DNA of 64,000 nt from Klebsormidium nitens (Eukaryota > Plantae > Klebsormidiophyceae): assembly GCA_000708835.1 (NCBI GenBank), contig DF236964.1, forward strand, positions 62,001-126,000, written 5' to 3'. Of this stretch, positions 16,001 to 25,932 are shown in pieces. Position 1 is the first letter of the stretch, and each line of letters opens with the position of its first letter. The notes beneath the pieces were generated by a model. It was not told the DNA's origin, did no database searches, and saw nothing but the letters and a program-made list of their open reading frames with translations. Position numbers and translations under genes: made by a program.

Positions 16001-17295
16001 CGATCAGATTCGGTGCAGCTTTGCCACGTCTGCTGAGCAGAGAGTTGAAGGACTCCCTGCTTGTCACTACCGAGAGCCGCCAGTGAGTCACGTATTCGAA
16101 ATCATTTGGACGTAATTACTAGAAGACGAGTTGTTCGCAGTGTGCGTCCTGTTGGTGACAGGCATCAACTTGGAATTAGCATCCGCTGTTGACCCGCACC
16201 AAATAGGAATCATGAAATCCTTTGAAGCCGCCAGAACAAATACGAGAGGCTGCAGGTCGCACGCCTCAGCGCCATCGTTCGAAATATCAACGGGATGCAG
16301 CCTGCCAGGGAATCGACAGAGCTCCTTCTGACGCCGATGACGTAGGTTCCTAAAGCAGTGGAACGGCAGAAATCAATCTTTCTTGAATATTATGGGGATC
16401 AACCTCGAAGGACGTCCTTGAGTAAAGGAAATGCTGCTATCAGGAAGCGTGGCGAGGATCTACGAGCGATCTGCCGAAGGCGACGGCCGCAGCACGTAAA
16501 GGCTGCTGACGTGTCGGTCCCTGCTGACGCACCTGTGACGTGTCCTCCATGACGTAGTTGGCCTCGTACATGGCGTAGCTAAACTCGCCGAACGCCGTCC
16601 GCTTGAGCTTCTTATGCCACATGCCGCCCCGGTCTCGCCGGCTGGGGCCCGGGCGGAGGCAGTCGGAAGAGACTCGCTGCAATAGAATGAAGGATTCTGA
16701 ATTCTGAATTCTATTCAGAGAGACTGGAGATTTTTTGTCGACAATCTTCTCAGAAAGTCGCAATCTGTTAGGTTTTCAAAGGATTGAGACGAATGGCTAT
16801 GTTTGGTGCACGATCGAGAGTTTGACCACTTTCTTGGTTCATTGCCTACACCTTTGAAGATGCGGCACTCTATTAGCAACCAATCAAAAGAGCATTACTG
16901 TCTCATTTTGAGTCGACTCCGGTCTAATTGACTTCAAGGTAAACAATCGCGGAGCAGTCGGAAGAGACGCGCTGCAGAAGGTATCGGGGCACACAACCAA
17001 GATGAGTGTCGAAATGAGGAATTGTACGCGGCAAGATCGTAAGCTAACCACCTTGAGACGGGTGGGCTTATTTTGGGGCTTAGGGTGAGTACGGGTGCGG
17101 AGCAGGTTAAAGTTTGGGTTACGCTTAGGTGTTGTTTGGTAGCTCAGTATGGCATCGCTCGAAGCAGTCACGCTTCCACACTCCAAACGTCAATCCGACG
17201 TCAAAATTAAAGCTGACCCTCTCCCCTTGGTCATTGATTCGCAATATGATAAGCTGAGAAGATCTTACCGAGAACCTCCTCCTCAGATTTGACAT
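10076..17295 (-). CDS. Protein phosphatase 2C, clade D-like, with a C-terminal low-complexity extension
   Basis: Exons 17269-17295 (tentative), 16533-16676, 15476-15634, 13856-14085, 13119-13197, 12384-12530, 11901-11990, 10888-11088, 10076-10408. Motifs FGEFSYAMYEANYVMED, GVYDGHGGPEAS, VGSCAVIA, ANCGDSRAVL, ASDGLWE, IARHLVKVALQRAAKK and RREFHDDITVIV match plant PP2C-D. Confidence 0.93.
11089..11580 (-). repeat. Serial degenerate copies of the PP2C exon-8 acceptor + exon start
   Basis: Copies start at 11257, 11417 and about 11555 (EIARHLVKAALQRAAK, EIARHLVTVALQRAC*, DIALQRAA). Each is preceded by CAG and a CTGAC branch-like motif. Confidence 0.9.
13500..13855 (-). repeat. Two copies of the PP2C exon-4 3' end + donor
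   Basis: Copies end at 13688 (DHNLKNIEERAR|GTAAAG) and 13521 (DHNPKYMEERA|GTATAG), about 168 bp apart. Confidence 0.9.
14086..15060 (-). repeat. Five copies (plus one partial) of the PP2C exon-4 acceptor + exon start
   Basis: Exon-like starts at 14255, 14426, 14707, 14859 and 15030. They are homologous to ATEEHFTTLVRQEFEEAPHLACVGSCAVIAL and diverge progressively. Confidence 0.9.
15120..15475 (-). repeat. Three copies of the PP2C exon-3 3' end + donor
   Basis: Donor-like GT at 15363, 15247 and 15129, each following a QTIVxAxE-type segment. Confidence 0.85.
17059..17138 (+). repeat. Dispersed repeat R2, copy 1 (PP2C intron 1)
   Basis: Matches 58383-58465 over about 80 bp, including the identical block GTACGGGTGCGGAGCAGGT. 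Confidence 0.7.
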
Positions 17296-17998
17296 CTGAA
17301 GCCCAAACCGCGGCCCCTCCGCGTCGGGGTCCCCTTTCGTGCGGCTTCGAAGGGTGGGGTCTTCACCACCGTGCAAGGCCGCGTCAAGCCCAACCTACGT
17401 AGAGGATAACGACGACTGATTGTAAACAGGCTGGGTAAAAGCAGGCGTAGCCCCCACGTCACGTTCATTTTGTTGCGCCAACTTAACCCACGCGACTGGA
17501 ATGAAGGCGACGGAACAGGTGCTCTGCAAGCTTTGGAGTCGCCGGATTTATCATCATAGAAGGCACTGTTTGACCCAACTTCTAAGAGCAGAGCAAGACC
17601 TTCTTTGGAACGGAATGTCGGTTGGAAGCCATTCAGTTGAGTTCCTGAGCTTTCTGAACACAGTAGACTCCAGGGCCCTGACTTGCGAAGCTTTTCAAGA
17701 AAGTAGCACGACGGAGTAGTGCAGCCACGAACAGCGCCACTGACGTCATCGTACTCACACGCGTACGGTAATGCTTTGAAAGACCGAGTCAAAGGGGGCG
17801 GTACAGCGTAGTCAGCACGCAGCGACAGTACACCGGACTCCGTGCCGAGACAAAAGTATAAAGGGGTGATTCACGGCGACGGGCAAGCAGGAACCCGCTT
17901 GTCCCGGTCGCCTGACATCCTTTCATATGCATTTGTGTACGCCCTCTTTTAAGTTTAAAAGTGTTTAATCCCCTGCAAGTAGGTAGAATTAAGCTCAC

Positions 17999-20900
17999 CT
18001 CCTCCTCGTGCCTGGGCACCCGCAGCATCCCAAAGTAGTGTAGCACCGCGAAGAGCACAAAGGACACCCCGCCCACCCATGCGTACACCCCCAGAATCGC
18101 AAGCATCTGCAAGCCCGACGATGACGTCACGTGTGACGTCACTCAGCAAGTGCGCGGGCTGCCTTTTGTTTCATGAACGAACCATGCAGAAAACGGCTGC
18201 TTAGAAGGTGACGTCACTCAGCAAGTGCGCGGGCCGCCTTTTGTTTCACGAACGAACCATGCAGAAAACGGTGTGCTTAGACGCAGGGACCGCTTTGAAG
18301 CAGCCTTTGAAGTTGGCTCGAAGCAGAAGAAAAGGAGGCTCAACGAACCCAAGTACTTCAGTCGGTCTGCGCAACGCCCGTGACAAAACCTCTGATGAAA
18401 CCGAGGCCGGTAGTCTCCTAAGAAGACCCCCTTGATTCTTCAAACTGCGCAGAAACATCGGCCGGTTAAAATGGCATGTGCATTGTATCTTTTTCCTCTG
18501 CTTGTGCTCGGTTCTCCGTAGATTCTGTCCAAGATATGTCCTTAAACGTCGTGATGACGTCCGCAAATTAAAGTTTCACCTGCAGGCCCAGCAGGTTTCC
18601 TGACCCCCCGTAGAAGATCCCCACGTCTCGTGGGCTCGCGATTCCGTACGTCGACCGAATTCCGTCCGCTGTAGCGAAGCAGCCCGCGCTGATGGCGCCC
18701 CAGGTTCCGCAGGCCAGGTGCACCGGAATGGCGTGGACCGGATCGTCGATCTCTAGCAGGGCCTGCAGTATCAAGCGTGGAAAACAGTTCAGAAAGAGAG
18801 ATGTGTGGGGCTGGAGTTCTGAGTACCTCGTTTTCAGTATTTTTAACAAAACAAATGAAGCCCGTAATGGGGCCGTAATAGCGCTGCCCCAACAACTGGC
18901 GGCAGCAGAGCTGATCGCGCAGGCCGCCACGCACCCCCCCAAAATTGTATCGTACACGAATTTCACGAAGTGACTACCTTAGGAGGGGGGGTTCCGTACT
19001 GGGAACTAATAGCCCCCCAAGATATGAAATAAAACCCCGAAAAGATTCGAATGACTGCGGCCGCCCAGCTGACGACGACGGAGCTAGTCGCACAAGCCGG
19101 AACGCCACCCCTCAAAGAACGTAACGCATTCAGAAAGCATGTCACAATAAGTTATGTATTGGTGCATGTGTGTTATCATATGTAGAAGTTAGCTACCCCA
19201 GAGGGGAAGTTTCCATACCAGTAGCTTTACGCCCCCTGTTTATATCAATCCTGAAACACTCTCAACGACCGCCGCCGCCCAACTGGCAACAACGGAGCTA
19301 TTCCCACAGGGCGCCACGCACCCTCCGAGATGTCAAACCGCGGCACTGTATTCCAACGAAACATATGACGCGCTTGATTTTCTCGTGAAGGGTTTCCCGT
19401 ACCAGTAGCTTCCACCCCCCAGGATAGATCAGTCCCGAAACAGTTCCAATCGCCTTCGCCGCCCAGCTGACGACTACACAAGTGGCTGCGCAAACCGCCA
19501 CGCACCCCTCCAAAATAAAATCACGCGCCTGAGTTCCTCAGAGGGGGGTTTTCGTACCAGTAGTTTCACCCCCCCAAGATATATCAACCCCGAAACAGTT
19601 CCAATGACGGCGGCCGCCCAGCTGGCGACAACGGAACTGGTCGCGCAAACCGCCCGCACCCCCCCCAGAATGAAATTTACGAGCTTGAGTTCCTCAGGGG
19701 GTGATTTCTTACCAGTAGTTTCACGCCCCCCAAATATAACAATCCCGCAATCGCTCCAATCACCGCCGCCGCCCAGCTGGCGACGACGGAACTGGTCGCG
19801 CAGGCCGCCACGCACCCCCCCAGAACGGCGTTAAATAGATGGTCCGGGGGGGATCCCCCGTGGCGCGTGGTCGCGATGTAGGCGGTGCAGCCGGCAAACG
19901 CGGCGCAGATCGTGGTGTTGCAGCAGACGCGCGCGAGTTGGTGATACCACACCTGCAAAGTTAAGGGGCAGTTACTATCAAGTGGGCTAGAATCTGTCAG
20001 AAAAGGGGCGCATAACCCCGAGATATTCGTGCCATTTCTAGATGAGCAGTCTAAGCAGTGTGATTTCTTTGACCGTGTGAAAGAGTCTATGCGATGATCG
20101 GGCGATTTGTTTCAGGAGTGTGCCAGTACAGATTCTGTCGCGGGAAGTTGAAACAAGTTGGGGGTGTTTTGGACGACAACTCGAGACTCGTTTATTTCCT
20201 GGTAAGTAAGTGAAGATTCACGTCGGTCTTGGAAGTTTCTGAAAACGATAGACTGGTAGCAGGATTTTGGTTACAAGGACGCGCTCGATCGGAGTTTTAC
20301 ATTCTTGAAAGATCCTGGTAAAGCAGGAAGGTTCCTTTGGAAAGCGTTGGAAATCTGAACAAATGCATTTGTTATCGAAGCTATGGAAAAAGACGGAAAC
20401 ATATTCGGGCACGGCTTCTTTTGACGGGCTCGTTTTGTGACGTCATCTCACCTCCAACCCCAGTCCATTCAGATCTACGCTGCCCGCGTTGAAGCCGTAG
20501 AAACCGGCCCACAGTATGAGCGTCCCGGCCGCAACAAGTGAGATCGAGTTGGGCTTGAACGGAACCAGCCGCCCTTCGATGTCGTACCGTCCGATTCGGG
20601 GCCCGACCATCCAGGCGCCGACCAATGAAGCGACGCCACCTGGCATGAACGAGGGGAACAGAAATGGAATACCAGAAGAGTGACCCTTTTCAGTACTGTC
20701 GAGCAACGTCCACAAACGAGAACGCCTTCCTTGACAGACGCAGCGGAATCGCTACAATCAAAACATCGAAACGGTAGCTGGAGCTTGCGATAATGCGTGA
20801 GAAGTGCAAGGCTTTTTTGCGTGCATTCCTTGGCTTCCTGAATTTGAACTCTGAAGAGGAAGCCCGGTGTCTCGTGCGTTGACAAACTTGCACGGCACGA

Positions 20901-23900
20901 AATAATAACAGCCGCGTTCCGTTTCTGGTCACAAACGGAGTCCTGCACTGAGCGTCGGACACGTGTTCGTACCAACGGTTAAAATTCACAAGGCGGTCCC
21001 GCCTGCCCATCAGCCAGACGTTCTCCAATCCTACTCCCTTGACGACCCACATCGAGCATGTCGCTCGGCGAGAACCTCGCATTACTTTGGTAATGGGCAC
21101 GTGTCCAATCTGACGGCCAACGAGCCCTTGCACAGGCCCCGTCCTGCCCTTGTACAGAGTTGCACGTGGAACTTTGAAACGTGAACAGGCACAGGCTTTC
21201 ATACGAACCTGACACGTGACCCACCGGACACGTGGACCACCAGCGAGCCGCCGTTGTTCAGCACGCTGTCCGTGCCCATGGGCTGCGTTCGGGATGTCAC
21301 AAAGAAAGACGATCACGGGCTATGTACGATCTTGACACGTGTGCTTACCTGACACGTGGACGACCAGCGAGCCCGCGTTGTCCAGCACGCCGTCCGTGCC
21401 TACGAAGGCCTGCGTCCGAACGCGCGCGCTCATGAGCCCGTGCTCGGACCACACGAAGTGCGCAATCATTGGGTACATAAATGCGCTGTGGACGAAAATG
21501 TAGATGAGGTACGCCCGGACCTGGAAGCGCTCGGCGACTGCTCCGGAGGCGATCGTTGCTGACGTGGCGGCGAACGTGTACTGGAAGAAGAAGTTGACCT
21601 GGGGGAGAGAGCGTGTCAGAGCTTGAGCTAGTCATTCAAATGGAGTCTCAGGACGGAGGTATATATCTTTATGTTCTACACAAGAAGGTTTTGGCTGCTA
21701 ACCAGGCTGATTGAGTCTCAGGTTATTGGACAATTAACCGGGCTTGGGCTTTTTCGGTTACCGCCCAGGTCTGGTTATGCGGACGCTTAACCACTTTGTA
21801 ACGAGCTCATAGCCAGCCCGCACCATCCATGGTTAAGGGCCACGAATCTTTGTGCTAGTATTGCAAGGGAGCCAAAACGAGTTAGGGGATCCTAGTTTAG
21901 GTGGGGGCGACAAATCTGTGCTCGAAGAGACGGGGACCTCAGGGGAAGGTGAGACTGGTCAGACTATTCGTTCTTGCGTACTTAGAGAAAGAAAGTAGAG
22001 CGTCGAGGTTTGAGCATCTTTGGGTTCTGAAGGAGAAACGTTCGAGGCGATTTTGGAAAGACGGGCGCACAAAGAAGGAAAAGATCTGCACGTATCCGGA
22101 GGGGTATGCCGCGTCAGATTGAAGGAGGGCGTCGAGAACCGCGGGATGCAAGTCATCTGGGACGCTCGACGAACTATTTCGGTCTAAATGAGCGACTCGA
22201 CTTGAGCACACTTGAAAGGAATGCTCAAAGCCTGTTTCAATTCTGGTGAAAGAGGGCGGGGCGAGTCGACTGAAAAGCAAGCCCGTGATGAGGAGAGGGT
22301 TGCTGATTCGTTGTCACTCCGTTCCGTATTGCAGCCATTGAAAACTAGAGGGAGGAGCGATACTGAGTGCCTTGACCGGACGAACCAGAAAAGGCAGGAG
22401 AAGGCGGCGGAGATGGGAAAACGGGAAAGGGAGATGTGGACAAAGGTTGAAAATAGAGGGAAGGAGACGTCACCTAAACAAGCCAAAAAGGGTTTTGTTT
22501 CTGATACAAACGTTCCTCTAGAGGAATGGACCGAACAATTAAGGTGGTCAAATCAGCAGTTTTTGGGCGACTAAGAAGAGGTGTGAACCTGGCCTGAAAA
22601 GGAATCCAGAAATGTAGAGCAAGCAGGGTATTGAGCGTAGCGGCGACCATGTCTTTGCTGGCCCCCACAAGGACGGGCTGATCATTCAAAGCGAAATTTC
22701 ACTCTCAGACTGGCTTTACTAAGGATTGGAAAGCTGTGACAGCGTCAACTCAGCAATCTACGAAAAGCCGGCGGTCAGTGCTGTGCATGTAAGCTTGTCA
22801 CTTGCAATTTTCGTGTGAACCAAGACCCGACTTACCTGGGTACGTTCAACAAAATCCCCAAAACTGATATGTACAGCCTTCCGCAAAGAGCACCATTGGG
22901 ATTTGTCTGAGCTCTGAGGATCAAGCTCACAATCAAACCTACACACGTCAGGTAAAACAAGCAATTTCTGCCAGACTGTAAGTGGGCAAACTTTGAAAAT
23001 GTAAGCTGAAATAGAATGAGGTTTCACCTGCTCCCCTTCATCAAAAAGTGCGATCTGCCCTGCGGGATTCTTCCAGCCAATGAAGCGGGAGCCGTCTCCA
23101 AACCCGATGGCCCACCCAAAGGACCAAAAGGCGACCGCACAAAAGCATGCGTCCATCACGTTCTTGATCTGCAACAGAAAAGAGTATCAGGGGTCTGTGA
23201 AGTTTCAGTTCCTGAAGTTATTGGCCGTTAGGAACTCCTGCATTCTACCATTGATGATCATCGATGTTAAGGCCACGTTGTTAGCACAATTTTGCCTAGG
23301 AAGAGATTATTGTGGATGTGAGTCTAACCAGCATTATAAGGCTACAGGACTAGTGTGGATTTCACCAAAAAGCCAAAGCCCATTTGCTAGGCCAATCTCT
23401 GTACGTGTTGAAAGATTCCCTTTATCCAAGGCGAGGAAGTGTGGCTCCATTTCAGCGGAAACAACATAGCAAGCGACTTCCATGTTGGTGTGAGCTGGCC
23501 ACTGTAAAAGCAGATGCTTCAGAATCACTCTAAAGCATTGGAAGAAGGTGAGGAAGTACTTATTCCCAGAGTCAGGAAGGTTCAGCTAGCTTTAGTGGCA
23601 ACCTCAAATGCAAGGACATTCAAAGTCAAGGATGCATAATCAGATCATGGTGCGTCATTTACTATCAAACCCTTCTTAGGAATGAAGGCCCTACCATGAT
23701 ATTTCGGGTGTTCTTCGCACGGACCGACCCAGACTCTACAAACGCAAACCCAACCTGCAGCAGACAGGTCATGCTGGTTTACTTTTAGTGTAGAAATGCT
23801 TCACATTGTGTCACTTTCAAAGCCAACAATCAGAGCTGCAGAGCCTCTCTGGTTTAGTGATTCTTCCTTGTGGCGCTGACCACTTCTAAGCAGAGTCGTC

Positions 23901-24703
23901 AACATGGATCATTACTACTTCACTCGATGTTGACATCTTGACGGGCCACCTTGAGACTGTGCGCTGTCGTTCATTGCACGCACAATTTGCAGAGCTGAGG
24001 AATGGGGCACTACTGATGTCCATTCAACGAGTCAAAGGCCATCATTCTGAAGACGTGTGTCGGATGCTTGACTGAGGGGCACTGTGTGTCAGACCTCCTT
24101 GTGGTAATATCTCTGCCAGCCACTTTCGGGGCCCGAAGAGCTGGCTATCTCTAGAAAGTCTTTACTTCCAAACTGTCGGTGCAGGTGTTTTACTTCCAAA
24201 CTGTCGGTGCAGGTGTCCCCTCAAAAGAGGCCAACACAAGATGACATGAGCAACCAAGGGGTACGTCGAACCAGCAAACGAAGGCCGTGAGCGTGAGAAC
24301 CAGCACTTTGGGGCTGATCTTACATCAATTGTTTAGTTTAACAATCATCCCTGACAAGACAGAGCAAAGCAGGGGCTTGAGTTTCTGACGGTGCCTAACT
24401 AAACCGCACTCATCGGCGCGTCAACAAGCATAATGGAGGCCATATCCTTCCTGAAAAGCTGCGCAATGTGTCTGATAGCAATATTAGGAACCAGAAGTAA
24501 GCAAAGGATGCAGGTTAAGTAGACTGCACTCAAGGAGAATCGACGTTGATACATCATGGATGCCTTGAACTTGCCTGCATGAAAAAGACGATTGTGGCGG
24601 CTTGCAACCTCCATATTGCTGCATCTGTCTCTGCAGCTTGCTTGAGGCCCTGCTGGGTAGCAGCGACAGCTGTGCTCAGCTGTTCCAAGGTGACCTCAAC
24701 CAT
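17999..24703 (-). CDS. AMT: Ammonium transporter (Amt/AMT1-like); last exon not resolved
   Basis: Exons 24575-24703 (GC donor), 23695-23754, 23028-23168, 21349-21598, 20452-20639, 19713-19952, 18580-18762, 17999-18106. Motifs FMQVGFAFVESGSVRAKN, FFQYTFAATSATIASGAVAER, DNAGSLVVH, GFYGFNAGS and EIDDPVHAIPVH. The final exon after RVPRHEEE lies somewhere in about 17450-17950. Confidence 0.94.
18133..18281. repeat. 75-bp tandem duplication in AMT intron 7
   Basis: GTGACGTCACTCAGCAAGTGCGCGGGC...CATGCAGAAAACGG starts at 18133 and again at 18208. Confidence 0.9.
18860..19712 (-). repeat. Five copies of the AMT exon-6 3' half + donor
   Basis: Copies of LGGCVAACATSSVVASWAAAVIGAIAGLLYLGGVKLL|GT with donors at 19557, 19402, 19218 and 18999. 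A fifth, donor-less copy lies at about 18860-18955. Confidence 0.92.
21200..21348 (-). repeat. Copy of the AMT exon-4 3' end + donor
   Basis: RTQPMGTDSVLNNGGSLVVHVS|GTGGGT (donor at 21224), followed by a mini-copy CACGTGTCAG|GTTCGT (21208). Confidence 0.85.
21700..21842 (+). repeat. Dispersed repeat R1, copy 1 (AMT intron 3)
   Basis: Collinear blocks AACCAGGCTGA, GGTTATTG.AC..TAACCGGG, GGTT.CCGCCCA.GTCT.GTTA and AGCCAGCCC...GGTT.AGGGCCA are shared with the reverse complement of 52668-52834. Confidence 0.7.
24161..24216. repeat. 28-bp perfect tandem duplication in AMT intron 1
   Basis: TTTACTTCCAAACTGTCGGTGCAGGTGT occurs twice in tandem. Confidence 0.9.
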
Positions 24704-25932
24704 TCTCCCACAATTTACAGGGCCTCCATGCTTGGATGAGAGCTCGCAAGGGGCTCAGCTACCGTCAGAATCCACATCATCAAATGATCGGTCTACCTAC
24801 TTGCTAGCAGCTAGAGTGAAAATGCTCCTACGGCCTCTACGCCTCTATAATCGCTTGCAATCAAGGGTCTCACACATAAAAAGCATTTATGCTCATCTGG
24901 CGTTTCGGCGCAACTTGCTAAGATCTTAAGAAACCACTCCCCACTTGCAGGCAAATTGAACGCCCGGCGTCTCGCTTATTTTTGCAAACTCCTGCATTCC
25001 TCCTGAATGAACAGCCAATAACGCGGCAGGTGACTTCCTCTCTCTAGGCTGGGGACAGAGATGATTTTTGAATCATGCTCCGCAAAGCAATGATACAAAA
25101 TGTTCTATGCGTTGCTTTCCCCTTGCTTTCCCTTCGAAATGCTTGTGCAAGCAGGTAAAACTCAGCAATGCTCTGGCTGAGTCCATTACCTGACGAGAAA
25201 GCTAGGAGGGCAGCCCCTGAAGTTTGAACAGTGACTTGAATGAGCAGGATACATCCTGAAAATTCAACCAAATGCGCCCCAATTTGCAATGCCGCCATGT
25301 TGCCATTGTTGGAATTTGGAAATCCTTTCAGTGTCACATTCTTCAGTGTTCACATTCTCAGGGCAGATGCCATGTGCCACGTGGAAGTCGGCGGCTGGCT
25401 TGTAAACAGATTAGTGTCGGGCCGACAAAATTGGTCGCAGTTGACCGTACTTGTGTGACTTTCCAAGTTCCAACCCTTGAGAAACGACCTAGGTACGTTC
25501 GATGACCGTCGAAATCAGGAAAGTTACCGTATCACAGCTCCCGTTGAACACGGAGACTTAACAAAGAATCAAGTACGGTACTTGCTAGAGGACTTATACC
25601 AAGTAAAAACCCTGCCCTTCTAAAAGGGTGGTTAACAGGATACATAAATGTATTGACTTCGACATAAGTTGACCTTTATTCGACGCTTCTTCACGTTTAC
25701 GGTTTAATTGGTGTGTCGTTGTGTCAGACAGTCAGACTGTTATCTCGTACGGGTAGCTGGGTCACGATGATTCTCTGACGCGTGCATTGGTCACCCTTCT
25801 GTACATCTGTATAATGCAGGACCGCAGGTGTCTGCTTTGATAAGCTTTGAACAGAGTCGTCTGCTTCAAGTCTAAACATCTGATCTAGAAGTGCAGAGGG
25901 CAAGGAAGAGCGATCATTTTGTCTAATGTTTC

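Noticed and set aside
21960-22120. Possible decayed echo of the AMT exon-4 start (QIFSFF...LERF versus QVNFFF...AERF)
   Set aside because: Only scattered short matches; could be chance.
22212-22574. 120-aa charged ORF antisense within AMT intron 3
   Set aside because: Reflects the pyrimidine-rich intron read on the opposite strand; no domain evidence.
10076-24703. Adjacent PP2C-D and AMT (and nearby SQD1) as a functional nutrient gene cluster
   Set aside because: Adjacency alone is not evidence in a eukaryote; no shared regulatory motif was seen.
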